IMG/VR virus record: IMGVR_UViG_3300028805_000037
Coordinates: 96,001 to 160,000 of that record
Reading direction: 5' to 3' (one strand)
DNA: 64,000 nucleotides
DNA from: a virus
Lineage: Duplodnaviria; Caudoviricetes
Below the pieces are notes generated by a model. The model ran no database searches. It was not told the origin of the DNA and was given only the letters and a program-made list of their open reading frames with translations. This document shows, piece by piece, positions 20,483 through 32,741 of the stretch. Position 1 is the stretch's first letter, and each line of letters begins with the position of its first letter. A program made the position numbers and the translations under genes.

Positions 20483-20674
20483 TTAATTTTCATTTTCTAA
20501 TTTTTTCATTTTTTCAATATATTCATTTACCTTAGGTTTTATACCGTTTAATAAAGCATATTGTATATTACTTATATCTATATTTGCATCGATATTATTT
20601 TTATTTAATTCCTGAGATAAGTAGTATACACGCTTTTCAATATCATCTATTATATATAGTAAATCATTTTGCAT
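20483..20674 (-). CDS. Small hypothetical protein (start moved to MQNDLL at 20674)
   Basis: The longer track call overlaps the upstream gene by 65 nt; the internal ATG has a purine-rich AGGA upstream. Confidence 0.5.
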   Translation of the reverse strand: MQNDLLYIIDDIEKRVYYLSQELNKNNIDANIDISNIQYALLNGIKPKVNEYIEKMKKLENEN

Positions 20675-20846
20675 TATTCTTTTCCTGTTCTTCTTTCCAA
20701 AGATTCTCATTACCTTCAAATGTACCATTTCCTAATTCACCTGTTGGTAATACTTCCATTACTTGATTATCTTCTAAACTTTTGTTAGAACTATTATCTA
20801 TCTCATTTGATTTATTAACTTCTGAAAAAATCAACCATCTAGACAT
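20664..20846 (-). CDS. Small protein with MSRWLIFS leader
   Basis: Shared leader; LGNGTFEG resembles LNHQGFEG of 24187-24438. Confidence 0.65.
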   Translation of the reverse strand: MSRWLIFSEVNKSNEIDNSSNKSLEDNQVMEVLPTGELGNGTFEGNENLWKEEQEKNNAK

Positions 20847-22150
20847 TATTCTTCTTCCTTTACTTCATCTTTAACACTTCCTGATTTATCTAACTCTTCA
20901 AGTTTTGAAAAATAATTCTCAAGACCAGATGCATTTAAAGGGTAAATTTCTTCATCAACACCTTTAAAGTTACCATCTGTTTCAACATTACCTTTATCAT
21001 CTATAGCAAACATTGCTAAAACATATTGTTGCCCCAAGTTAGCTTTTTCATTTAAAGTAATACCTAAAACTACAGAAAGTTTTGCAGCTTTATTAAAATA
21101 TTGAATTGGGTTTTGTCCTGGAACTTCTGGAGTTTTTTCAATTGAATTATCTGAATTCTTATTAACATATTTTACTTCCTTAACTTCAATCAATGCCTTC
21201 GTTAATAATTCAGATAAATTATCTTCAAAATATTTGTTTATTTCTTTTATATAAAAAGAAATTTTATCTAAATTAAATCCAATTTTATTGTCATTAACTA
21301 CTTCTTTCTGTAAATCTTTATCTGTTTGATTTATTTTAATTTCTTCTTTCTCAAGTTCTTTCGTTATATCAGAAGATTCATCTTCTTCTGCATATCTCTT
21401 AATATAATAATTATATAAGTCTTTGTGCTCTTGAGCAGTAATTTCACCATTATCATAAGACATTCTTAACATTCCTCTAATTTCATGAGGTTGCATATTT
21501 CCAGAGTCGATGCTCTTTGCAAGAGAAGCTGTTCTACCTTTAAACATAACCTTTTGTGTTATAGGTGCATCTGTACAAAGGTAAGGAACTTCTAAACCTT
21601 TATTAATATCTTTCTCGGGAACAGATATAATAGATTTACAAGTTTTTATATCTTTTGCATTTTTATTTAAAACATTCAATGCTTCCTCAAGGTCTAATGT
21701 ATACTGTATAAGCTCTCTAGCTAAATCATCAATCTGACCAAACACACCAAACCCAAGTTTATAACTTATAATAAATACATATTTATATTTACTACCTTTG
21801 CCTTCACCCCAACCATAATTAAAACCGGGAATACATCCAGGCATGTTCAATAAATAGTCTGTAGAATTAACTCTCTCTGGATCTAATCCTGTAAGATGCT
21901 TATAAATTTCTTTTATCATTGGAACTTGATAGCCCCAACCAATAAAATAATTTTCAATATCAGAGTAAGAATATTGATGCTGACTTAACATCTGTATCAT
22001 ATTATTCTGTAACTCTGTAAACTCTTCCTTTGAATTTGTTCCTGCAAAATTAACATTAAATAGCATCTGTGTAATTTCTTGTATACCTGCTTCTTTTTTA
22101 TTTAAATCTGACATATTCTCACTCCTATTAAAATAAATTTTCATCAACAT
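20846..22150 (-). CDS. Hypothetical virion/head-associated protein, paralog of 61337-62890
   Basis: Alignable N- and C-terminal blocks with 61337-62890; likely start MSDLNKKEA after AGGAG. Confidence 0.7.
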   Translation of the reverse strand: MLMKIYFNRSENMSDLNKKEAGIQEITQMLFNVNFAGTNSKEEFTELQNNMIQMLSQHQYSYSDIENYFIGWGYQVPMIKEIYKHLTGLDPERVNSTDYLLNMPGCIPGFNYGWGEGKGSKYKYVFIISYKLGFGVFGQIDDLARELIQYTLDLEEALNVLNKNAKDIKTCKSIISVPEKDINKGLEVPYLCTDAPITQKVMFKGRTASLAKSIDSGNMQPHEIRGMLRMSYDNGEITAQEHKDLYNYYIKRYAEEDESSDITKELEKEEIKINQTDKDLQKEVVNDNKIGFNLDKISFYIKEINKYFEDNLSELLTKALIEVKEVKYVNKNSDNSIEKTPEVPGQNPIQYFNKAAKLSVVLGITLNEKANLGQQYVLAMFAIDDKGNVETDGNFKGVDEEIYPLNASGLENYFSKLEELDKSGSVKDEVKEEE

Positions 22151-22472
22151 CTATGATATCTGCTTCATCAATTTCATGTATCATAGAACTACCTTGACAA
22201 ACAACACCATATTTTAAATTTGCCCTTCTTTCCATAATTGTTGCTTGGTGAAGCATTGTATCACCTGTATCTATATAAACATTGTCACCTTCTTTATATG
22301 CCCAAGCTCCTCCAGCTTCTAATGCATCTCTTACGGATACTTCTCTAGCAGAAGCAACTCTACCTAAAACTTTATTACCGTTCTCATCTTCTACAACTTC
22401 CCAAGTATTATCTCCTGCTTCATCAAATTCTGCAAATAAATTAAATCTCGCTTCCTTTTTTATATCTTCCAT
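22128..22472 (-). CDS. Hypothetical protein
   Basis: GAGG RBS; KKEA and RVAS motifs. Confidence 0.7.
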   Translation of the reverse strand: MEDIKKEARFNLFAEFDEAGDNTWEVVEDENGNKVLGRVASAREVSVRDALEAGGAWAYKEGDNVYIDTGDTMLHQATIMERRANLKYGVVCQGSSMIHEIDEADIIDVDENLF

Positions 22473-22482
22473 AATTCCTCTC

Positions 22483-24129
22483 CTATAAATTTCCTATATA
22501 TTTATTATACTCATCAAACGTATTTTTAAAACCATTATAAAAGTTTTTATAATACCATTCATATAACTTTATAATAGTTGTCTTTACATCTATTATTTCT
22601 GAATCTTCTAAAATACTTTCTTCTTTAGAAACATCTGGTATTTCATTTAATACATTTATTTGCTGAATAACTTCAGTATTAACTTTATTTAAAAACGATA
22701 ATGCTTCTTCTGTATTAAAAACAAAATCAATTGAACCATTATTTGTTAAATCTATTTCTTTATTAGGTATAGTCTTTAATTCAGAATCGCATATTATTGC
22801 TGGACTAATTAACTTAATTATACCACTATATAAACTTGTTAAAGGCTTTTGAACTTTATCTCTAATATCTGCTTTTGTTGCTGAATTTTTTGTATAATAA
22901 TCTAATGCTTGTAATAAATCAAATACTTCTTTTGAATTAATAAATCTATCTGTACCTGACAAAGCAATAGATAAAATACCAAAATTGATAATATCTTTAA
23001 CCTTGCTTTCATAATTTTCAGGTAGCTCACTTCTAAGCTTAAATTGTGATAAATAATTACTTAAATTTTTTAAAATATTATTAATATTTTTATCACAATA
23101 CTTTGACATGTTTCCTAATCCAAAATTATTATAAATAGTTTCTAATAAAAATTGCCTTGCAGACTGATTATCCCCTGACATATCTTCAGTCATTTTATAT
23201 TTCTTAAAAAATTCTTTACTGGCTATAGTATCTAAAAGATCCTTATAAAACTCTTTTGTTATTTCTGTATCATCACTAATATCTTCTTTACTAGTGGATT
23301 TAAATAAATTTAAAATTGTATTTTTTAATTCAAATAATAATGTATATAAACTAATTAATACATCAAAATTTACTTGAAATTTATCCTCATCATCCCTTAC
23401 AGATTTAAATATATTTCCTAAATAACTACTTAAATCCTGATTACTTCTAAAACTTTCTTCATAATCTTGAAAACTTTTTTGATCATTTAACTTACTAATT
23501 ATTTGTGTATTAATAATATTCATATAGTTAGTTAAGTTATCTGAAAGTTTCTCATCAATTAAAGATTCTTTTTTAAATGTATTTTCTATAATATTTCTAA
23601 TTGATCTTATAAAATCACTATATAAAATATTAAAATCTTTAATTAAATTAATATCTTCATTACTACTTAATGCAGAATTTTGTAAGTACTCGTACATTGA
23701 AAAATACTTATAAAGTACATCACTAGCTTTTAATTTATCTAATAAGTAATTAACGTTATCTACTGATTTAACTTGTGACGACTCTTTAAGTTTAATTAAC
23801 CCTTCTATCAATTTATTCAAAATCTCATCAGATTTATCACTATCTTTACTTACATCCTTTAATTTTTTATCTATAGATGTTAACAAGCTATTAACTGTTT
23901 CACAATCATTTTCTAAATCACGTAATGTATTAGATTTTTTAATATACTCTAATAATCTAAAGCATGCATCTATATCTTTTAAAATATCTTTTCTTATAGC
24001 TTTATTACGTTTTTCAGTAAACTCTTTAATAGATTCTTGTTCCTTTTCTCTTTCTTCACGTTCTTCTTCAGACTCATTTAAAATATCTGCTATTATAAAC
24101 TTATTTAAAAAATTATTAAATAAACCCAT
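22483..24129 (-). CDS. Large helical hypothetical protein (possible internal head protein)
   Basis: 548-aa ORF after motif copy 4; N-terminus MGLFNNFLNKFIIAD. Confidence 0.65.
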   Translation of the reverse strand: MGLFNNFLNKFIIADILNESEEEREEREKEQESIKEFTEKRNKAIRKDILKDIDACFRLLEYIKKSNTLRDLENDCETVNSLLTSIDKKLKDVSKDSDKSDEILNKLIEGLIKLKESSQVKSVDNVNYLLDKLKASDVLYKYFSMYEYLQNSALSSNEDINLIKDFNILYSDFIRSIRNIIENTFKKESLIDEKLSDNLTNYMNIINTQIISKLNDQKSFQDYEESFRSNQDLSSYLGNIFKSVRDDEDKFQVNFDVLISLYTLLFELKNTILNLFKSTSKEDISDDTEITKEFYKDLLDTIASKEFFKKYKMTEDMSGDNQSARQFLLETIYNNFGLGNMSKYCDKNINNILKNLSNYLSQFKLRSELPENYESKVKDIINFGILSIALSGTDRFINSKEVFDLLQALDYYTKNSATKADIRDKVQKPLTSLYSGIIKLISPAIICDSELKTIPNKEIDLTNNGSIDFVFNTEEALSFLNKVNTEVIQQINVLNEIPDVSKEESILEDSEIIDVKTTIIKLYEWYYKNFYNGFKNTFDEYNKYIGNL

Positions 24130-24165
24130 ATAAAAAACTCCTAATAAATATTTAAAAATCTAGAT

Positions 24166-24186
24166 ATTATGATAAAAATGTCAAGG
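24166..24186 (-). promoter_or_regulatory. Phage-specific motif copy 4 (CCTTGACA-TTTT-TATCATAAT)
   Basis: Matches consensus. Confidence 0.8.
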
Positions 24187-24438
24187 CTATACAATTGCGT
24201 TTTTAGTATGTCCTTGTCCGTTTTCTAAAGGCTTAAAGTTAGTTTTATCACTAACTTCACTTACAGGATTTTTACCATCACCTTCAAAACCTTGGTGATT
24301 TAATTGAACACCTTTTCCTTCAGTAGGATGTTCTGATGTACTATTCTGCTTTTGCTCAACAATCTTTACTTCATTTTGAAATGTATTTGGATCTTGATCT
24401 ACACCTTTCATATCATTTGCAATTAACCATCTAGACAT
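24187..24438 (-). CDS. Small protein with MSRWLIAN leader
   Basis: ORF; shared leader. Confidence 0.7.
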   Translation of the reverse strand: MSRWLIANDMKGVDQDPNTFQNEVKIVEQKQNSTSEHPTEGKGVQLNHQGFEGDGKNPVSEVSDKTNFKPLENGQGHTKNAIV

Positions 24439-24441
24439 TTT

Positions 24442-27400
24442 CTACCCCTGTTGACCTATTATTGTTCCACCTATAGAACTTAGATTATCTTGTATATAAA
24501 TTCCACCTTCCATATTAATATTATTATTCAACGCTTTCTTTGTAAGTAAAATCTTTATCGCACCTACTACTGTATCAGCTAAATCTTTTGAATTATGTAC
24601 AAATACTCCCGAAGCTAAAGCAAAATTATTAAATCCAGGAACTGTTATATCGTATACTGGTGTATCTGAAACCTGAATTAATTCTACACTTATAACTTTA
24701 TGATTGTAATCTTTCATATTTTTATGTAATAAATAATCTAAATTATATTTATGTATATAATATTTGAGCGTCTGAACTGGACATTTAAATAACTTAGATA
24801 TATCGCTTATATTTAACCCTTCTTTAAAACTTTCCACTAAATTCTGTTTAAAATTTATATCTACATATCTTTCAGAAAGAGCATGCACAACCCTATTATT
24901 ATTACCTTTTGGCTTAATCCCTAATTGCTGTGCTAAATTTTTATAAGAAACACAGTGTTTAAAATCTAAATTTTTATCTTTTAATAGTGTGTTTAAGTCA
25001 TTATGTCTTAATTGTTTAGCCTGTTCATAATATATTTTACTTGCATCACGTAGCTGTGTTTTTGATAATTCAAGTCTTCTTGTTTTACCTTCTTTTGATT
25101 TCCAATATATATCATTTGTGGAAATTTTTTTATGTAAACCTAACTCTTTATTCTTTCTAAATGTTTCTTTCCCTTTGTCTATAATTTGTTGTTTCTCTTC
25201 AACTGTACGCGCGTTCCAAATTGCTTTACGCTTTTCTACTCCAATAAAAGCATTTAATTTACCTTCTTCTGAATTTCTTTTTATCATAGATTTCTGTACA
25301 GCTAATTTACGAGAATTTTTACCTTCTTCTGTTTGGTAAAAAACTTTTAATGCTTCAGCTCTTTTCTGTATACGTTCTGGATTTAAGTTATCACGTTTCA
25401 ATCTAGTTAATGTACGCTGTTTAACTTTCTGCAAACTTAATTTGCATAACTGTTTGTGTCGCTCTGCATGCTCACTTCTAGTTAATAATTCTAAATTTTC
25501 AGGTGTATTGTTTCTTGGATTTAAATCATAGTGATGTATAACTTCATTAGTAATATCATAATCACCATTAAAATATTTATAAACCATTTTATGTGTTGCC
25601 TGTGATTTATTTGTTTTATTATCTTTTAAAATCTCATAGTTTCCCCAATAACTACATCTTAACGGCATTATTGAATCATCTTTCTTTAAATCTTTAGCTT
25701 GTATATATGTACCATTACGTAACATAATTAGATGATTTGGTGTACATGTAAAACTTTTATTATTATCTAAAATTACTTTACATAATGTATTAACTTTTTT
25801 AGTTTCATGTGCATTATATGCTTTAGCTGGCACTATTGTGCCATCAGACTTGCATGCGTATACCCAAAATTCTTTATCTGAACCTGCATCTGCAAGTTCT
25901 TTCATAGTTTTACATGTACCATTTAATAGTTTAATTTGAGTATCACCTGTAAAACAACCGTCACTTGGATGATCTACACGTTTTGCTCTTGTTAATATTA
26001 ATCTTCTAAACTCTTCCTGAAGTCTTTCACTAGGTTGTAAAGAAACTCTACCTTCATACATCATTTCTTTTGCATGTTTATAATCTGCAAAATTAAGTCT
26101 ATATTCTTCAGAAGGTATATGTAATTCATTTAACTGTTCAATAAGTAATGCACTATTCCATTGGTCAAAATAAACTCTATTTATATGTATATGCTTACTT
26201 ATATCAACTAAAAACTGTTTCACATTGTGCATTGAAACTTCTAATTTCTTTTCTGGATTTGGTACCCAAGATAACATTAAATCTTGTATTGCTTTCAATC
26301 CTGTAGTTGTAGACTCTGTATGGAATATAGATAAAGCTGCAGAGTCACTTCTTAATCCTAAATCGATTGTTATTGTATAATCTATATCTGTTCTACTTAT
26401 ATTATAATTAGTAATTAATTTTTTTACATAACCATCTTCTTCATAATCTTGTGTGTCTACTAATGGTAGTCTGTTTGGATCTATACAAGCCCTAATCTTT
26501 TCAGGTTTCTCAATAAAGATACTTGATATAGATGACGGCATACACATATACTTCGTCTTAGCATTTTCTGGATCTGCTTTAAACTCAGACTGGTATTCCA
26601 GCGGAATCTTATGTCCTTGAAACTCAAAATACTTTTGAGGGTAATCTTTAAAACAATGTGCTGGTTTTACTTCCCAAGTACATGCTTTATCACAAAACCA
26701 ATGTAACTCTGACTGTCCTTGCTCATAAAGCTTAAGTATTGCATCACCTTCATAACGTGTGAAACTTAATGCTACTCCTTTATGTCTATTTCCAAAACGA
26801 GAAATTGCAGAAGATTTCATCATATTAAATATTGTTATACCTTTATTTGTAGCAGGGGTTTCATCAAAACCTGCAATTTCATCACAAACAAAAAACAATA
26901 TATTCTTACCTTCCTGTGAGTTAGCCCCTGAATGTCCTGAAATAGCTCTTATATTATTTGGAAATATCGCTGCATTCTGTGTTATTGTAACTGTATTTAA
27001 TATATCATCTATTCTTGCCTGTCCAAGAAATGACCCAGAAAACTTTACAGGATATTTATCTCGCAACCATTGCCAACGTATTAATCTTTGTTTAAACTTC
27101 TCAAAGAAAACACCTGAAGCCTGTTGAGCATTAACTGCTACATTAAGTAAGTCTATAGCTTCACCTTCAGGTAAATTAAGAAACTTCTGCGGTGACCTTA
27201 AACAAAGTAATACATATACTGCATAACACATTAATAATGATGTTATTGTATCTTTACCTGCACCTTTTCCATATGCTAAAATCGCTGTTGTATTCCCATT
27301 ATCAAATATCTTTTTTGGGTCATTACCAAATAAAAAATCAGATGGAGCATATTGACGCTCGCTAAGAGGAACAAAATTCATGTGATTTTTTGAAATTACA

Positions 27401-27525
27401 AAGTCTCTAAAAGAAATTGGATCTTCGTTCCAAACTTTATTATCTGTTTTAAAAATTTTATCTATATCACCGAGTGCAGAATTACATAACTGCTGCCTAA
27501 TCGATGCAGAACTTCTATTTGTCAT
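24442..27525 (-). CDS. terL: Terminase large subunit, interrupted by an intein
   Basis: Walker A GKGAGKD, Walker B FVCDE, nuclease IDLG..D, FDQWNS, VDHP..|SKDLADTV. Confidence 0.9.
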   Translation of the reverse strand: MTNRSSASIRQQLCNSALGDIDKIFKTDNKVWNEDPISFRDFVISKNHMNFVPLSERQYAPSDFLFGNDPKKIFDNGNTTAILAYGKGAGKDTITSLLMCYAVYVLLCLRSPQKFLNLPEGEAIDLLNVAVNAQQASGVFFEKFKQRLIRWQWLRDKYPVKFSGSFLGQARIDDILNTVTITQNAAIFPNNIRAISGHSGANSQEGKNILFFVCDEIAGFDETPATNKGITIFNMMKSSAISRFGNRHKGVALSFTRYEGDAILKLYEQGQSELHWFCDKACTWEVKPAHCFKDYPQKYFEFQGHKIPLEYQSEFKADPENAKTKYMCMPSSISSIFIEKPEKIRACIDPNRLPLVDTQDYEEDGYVKKLITNYNISRTDIDYTITIDLGLRSDSAALSIFHTESTTTGLKAIQDLMLSWVPNPEKKLEVSMHNVKQFLVDISKHIHINRVYFDQWNSALLIEQLNELHIPSEEYRLNFADYKHAKEMMYEGRVSLQPSERLQEEFRRLILTRAKRVDHPSDGCFTGDTQIKLLNGTCKTMKELADAGSDKEFWVYACKSDGTIVPAKAYNAHETKKVNTLCKVILDNNKSFTCTPNHLIMLRNGTYIQAKDLKKDDSIMPLRCSYWGNYEILKDNKTNKSQATHKMVYKYFNGDYDITNEVIHHYDLNPRNNTPENLELLTRSEHAERHKQLCKLSLQKVKQRTLTRLKRDNLNPERIQKRAEALKVFYQTEEGKNSRKLAVQKSMIKRNSEEGKLNAFIGVEKRKAIWNARTVEEKQQIIDKGKETFRKNKELGLHKKISTNDIYWKSKEGKTRRLELSKTQLRDASKIYYEQAKQLRHNDLNTLLKDKNLDFKHCVSYKNLAQQLGIKPKGNNNRVVHALSERYVDINFKQNLVESFKEGLNISDISKLFKCPVQTLKYYIHKYNLDYLLHKNMKDYNHKVISVELIQVSDTPVYDITVPGFNNFALASGVFVHNSKDLADTVVGAIKILLTKKALNNNINMEGGIYIQDNLSSIGGTIIGQQG
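24592..25956 (-). mobile_element. 455-aa intein with an HNH endonuclease domain
   Basis: Starts CFTGDTQI, block B CTPNH, ends VYDITV..NFAL..GVFVHN before Ser+1; internal VIHHYDLNPRNNTPENLELL..EH..RH. Confidence 0.9.
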
Positions 27526-28214
27526 TATTCGTTTTCCTTTATTATTTTTTCATCATTCATTGACTCTTCTTGTGCTACTTCCATATTTAAACTACTTGAT
27601 TCATTCATTAAAGCTTGTTTAAATAGTCTACTAAATTGTTCATACCTATCTGGACAAATTTGTAAAACAATATTAGAAACGGTTTGTAACAGAAACTTTG
27701 TTTCTTTTTTTACAAGCTCATCAAGTTTAGCTTGCTGTGAAGCTAAATCTGCTGTAAGCTGTACAATTGTCTTAACATAATTTCTCGCTTCAGATATATA
27801 AGCAAGTATTTGTTTTTCAACCATCATATCAGGAACTCTATTACTTGCTTGCTGATGTTCTAATGCAGATTCTCTTAATAAACACTTACCCATTAAACCT
27901 TGTAATACTTTTACATTACTATAATTAAGCTCTTGTCTACCTTTAATTTGTGTAAGTAATCTATCAAGCTCTGTCAATCCTTCATTAAACTCTCTGCTAA
28001 TTTCTGTTTTATTTGTCTGTAAAGTAATTGCAGTATTTTTTGATTGATACTGTTTTCTATATAAAGATATTGCGTCTAACGATGGTACTGTTACCACGTT
28101 ACTGTAATTATCTTTTATAAATTGTTGTATAACACGTACAGATGCTCCACTATCAATCTTTTGATTAAGTGCTTCTAAAACATCTGCAGGGTATTGAAAT
28201 ATATGTGAAGCCAT
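27525..28214 (-). CDS. Putative terminase small subunit
   Basis: Overlaps the TerL start; N-terminal HTH-like region followed by helical oligomerisation-like region. Confidence 0.5.
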   Translation of the reverse strand: MASHIFQYPADVLEALNQKIDSGASVRVIQQFIKDNYSNVVTVPSLDAISLYRKQYQSKNTAITLQTNKTEISREFNEGLTELDRLLTQIKGRQELNYSNVKVLQGLMGKCLLRESALEHQQASNRVPDMMVEKQILAYISEARNYVKTIVQLTADLASQQAKLDELVKKETKFLLQTVSNIVLQICPDRYEQFSRLFKQALMNESSSLNMEVAQEESMNDEKIIKENE

Positions 28215-28217
28215 AAA

Positions 28218-29009
28218 TTAAAAATTTCCTCCAATAATTCCTGGATGTCCTTTTCCTCTTGTTTTAAATTGTTGTTTAGCGTCTTTAACACAATAGTTTA
28301 AACGTTGTAAGAAATCATTATCACTATACTTTTTTAAAAACAAATTAATTTTATCAACAAATTCAGATTTTTTTTCATCAGTAATGTCTGAATATGGAGT
28401 ACTTAAAAAATAATTATATAGTTTTCTTATATCAAAAGCATCGTTTAAAAATTCGTTAGGATCAACTAAAAGTTCTTCAATAAATGCAATCATAGCAGTT
28501 GGACTTTGTCTATAAATTTGTATAAAATTTGTTAAAAAAGTTGAAAACGTATATAAGTCATTTAAATCAGGATTGATTGAATCTATAAAACTATTAATAT
28601 TCCCTGAATTTCTAATCATTTGTACAAGAGCTGTAGCTATTTCAGATTTTAATAAACTTAAATTGTTATATTCATCAAGCGCACCTTGTGGAATTTTTTC
28701 AATAATCGTATCTGTAACTATATTAATTGCATTTAATAAGTCCTGTGTATCGATAGGATTCTTATAAATTTCTATTAAATCTTCAATAGAATCTTTCACT
28801 TCAGTATCTTTAGTTAATAACTCTTTATAAAAATCAACCCACTTAAATCTAGATTGAAATTCTTTTTGTTCCTTTTCTTCTAATTCTTTTTCAATATTTG
28901 TTTCATCTTTAGCCTGTTCTTCTGAAATCTCTGTTAATGATTTTGTCTCACCAAAAGAATCATCACTTCCTGAGCTAAAAATTTTTTTGAATTTATCAAA
29001 TATAGACAT
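28218..29009 (-). CDS. Hypothetical protein, first gene after motif copy 5
   Basis: AAGGAG RBS; N-terminus MSIFDKFKKIFS. Confidence 0.65.
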   Translation of the reverse strand: MSIFDKFKKIFSSGSDDSFGETKSLTEISEEQAKDETNIEKELEEKEQKEFQSRFKWVDFYKELLTKDTEVKDSIEDLIEIYKNPIDTQDLLNAINIVTDTIIEKIPQGALDEYNNLSLLKSEIATALVQMIRNSGNINSFIDSINPDLNDLYTFSTFLTNFIQIYRQSPTAMIAFIEELLVDPNEFLNDAFDIRKLYNYFLSTPYSDITDEKKSEFVDKINLFLKKYSDNDFLQRLNYCVKDAKQQFKTRGKGHPGIIGGNF

Positions 29010-29050
29010 AAAATACTCTCCTTATATTAAAAACTATCTTAAAAACTGTA

Positions 29051-29071
29051 ATTATGATAGTTTTGTCAAGG
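29051..29071 (-). promoter_or_regulatory. Phage-specific motif copy 5 (CCTTGACA-AAAC-TATCATAAT), head of the packaging genes
   Basis: Matches consensus. Confidence 0.8.
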
Positions 29072-29076
29072 GGAAA

Positions 29077-29568
29077 TTATATTTCAATGCCTAATAACTT
29101 TTTATATTGATTTTTGAATAAAATTGATTCTTGGTCAGTTTGCTTTGATATTTTATGATAAAAACTAGACACACAACAATGGACTGCCTGTCTACTTACA
29201 CCTAATAACTTTGCAATTTGACTATATGATTTCCTTTGAATTATATATGATAACACTAACTTTTGATGTTCATTAGTATATTTATCTATATAATTTAAAA
29301 TATTTATTAGTAAATATCTATTTCTATCTAGATCTGTCATATATTTTTTTATTTTCATTTGTACTTTCTGAAGCTCTCTACATATAAAACTTTGCTCCAT
29401 ATCATATAATATACCTAATTGTGTTTGATTTTTTTGAGAAGTTCTGTTATCTATTAAATGTTTATACCATGTAAATGTTTTTTTATCAAAGTAAAATAAA
29501 AACATTACTTCAAGTATATCAGAACTATTAGAAATATTCTCAACAGCTTGTTTGAACTCAGAAAACAT
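29077..29568 (-). CDS. Sigma-70 region-4-like HTH transcription regulator (possibly two HTHs)
   Basis: HQKLVLSYIIQRKSYSQIAKLLGVSRQAV; a second weaker QTQLGILYDMEQSFICR. Confidence 0.6.
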   Translation of the reverse strand: MFSEFKQAVENISNSSDILEVMFLFYFDKKTFTWYKHLIDNRTSQKNQTQLGILYDMEQSFICRELQKVQMKIKKYMTDLDRNRYLLINILNYIDKYTNEHQKLVLSYIIQRKSYSQIAKLLGVSRQAVHCCVSSFYHKISKQTDQESILFKNQYKKLLGIEI

Positions 29569-29577
29569 AAGCTCTCC

Positions 29578-30138
29578 TTACTCATCAATGTTTTGAATAT
29601 CTAATATACTTGTTTTAATTTGGATTGTGTTTTGCCCCATATCAACTTCTAATGATACACGAGTACCGCTGACATCTACTACTTTAGCATTTAACCCATA
29701 GAAAGCACCAGAATTTATACGGACAGTTGCTCCTTGTTGAAATACTACTTCTTTCTTTTTAGCATTATACTTATAAGCAACTTCTAAAGCTTGCTTAACT
29801 TCATGCTCAAAAACCATACCTTTTAAAATTTGAGCACCATAAATATAATTAATTCTACTTTCTATTTCTTTTATATTTGTACTTTGTGGTCTAATTGCTA
29901 TAAAGCCATATGTAAAATAGTTTGGTTTATCAATTGTTATTATTTGATTACTTCTTTCTTGCAAACGCTTCTTCTCTAAATGTGTTGGAAGCCACAAAAA
30001 ATTATCATTATCATATGCCTTCAATAAAGTGTTTATTTGACTTAACTTAACAAACGAATAAAAGTTTATAATATACCAACGATAATCTGAAACAGTTACT
30101 TGAGGGATTCTTTTAAATACTTCTGCGATAGTCCACAT
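29578..30138 (-). CDS. nusG: NusG-family transcription elongation/antitermination factor (NGN plus KOW)
   Basis: WYII..LWLPT..KPNYFTYGFI (NGN-like); FQQGATVRINSGAFYGLNAKVVDV..VSLEVDM (KOW). Confidence 0.8.
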   Translation of the reverse strand: MWTIAEVFKRIPQVTVSDYRWYIINFYSFVKLSQINTLLKAYDNDNFLWLPTHLEKKRLQERSNQIITIDKPNYFTYGFIAIRPQSTNIKEIESRINYIYGAQILKGMVFEHEVKQALEVAYKYNAKKKEVVFQQGATVRINSGAFYGLNAKVVDVSGTRVSLEVDMGQNTIQIKTSILDIQNIDE

Positions 30139-30784
30139 TTTTGTACAAACTCCTCTTTATTATTTTTTGCTAAAAATTCATCAATATCGACATTTGATTG
30201 TAACTGTAAAATTTCTGTATTACCACCAAAACTATTTATAGTTTTAGCAACTCTTTCACTACCTTCCATTCCAGCTTTATCTGGATCTAAAAGTATTTTA
30301 AAATTCTTTGTAAATCTCATTAGATAAGATACTTGTATATCTTTAATTGAACACCCACATAATGCAACAACATTTTTTATACCTACTTTATTTAAAGCAA
30401 TTACTTCCCAATAACCTTCAACAAGAATAACCTCATCCATTTCAATTATTGAGCTATAAGCTAAATTTAAACCAAATAATAATAAAGACTTTTTAAATCC
30501 TTTAACACCAATAAATTTTTGTTTTGCGTTTGGAGATAAATGTCTTGCTGCAAACGAAACAATATTATTATATAAATCAAAAATAGGTATAAGTATACAG
30601 TTATCATATATACTTATATCTATTTTTTCTTCAAATAATTTATGCATAAACTGACAAAGCTTTTCAAATGTAGGTGAATTATTTACACCATATAATTGAT
30701 TATTATAAAAATAACCTAAACCAAATAAGGCTATTTGTGTATCATCTATATTTCTTTGGTGTAAATAATTCATCCCATAAGTCA

Positions 30785-30785
<1 letters not shown>
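30096..30785 (-). CDS. dnaG: DNA primase catalytic core (TOPRIM), lacking the Zn finger
   Basis: YLHQRNI..FGLGY, ILIPIFD..IVSFAAR, LFGLN, VILVEGYWEV, VVALCG, LLDPDKAG, DIDEFL. Confidence 0.85.
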
Positions 30786-32715
<1,930 letters not shown>

Positions 32716-32741
32716 ATAAGTGCCTCCTGGTATATTAATAA

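Noticed and set aside
20664-20675. TCATTTTGCATT match to the predicted TnpB end/guide junction
   Set aside because: Only 9 nt of guide in very AT-rich DNA; expected by chance
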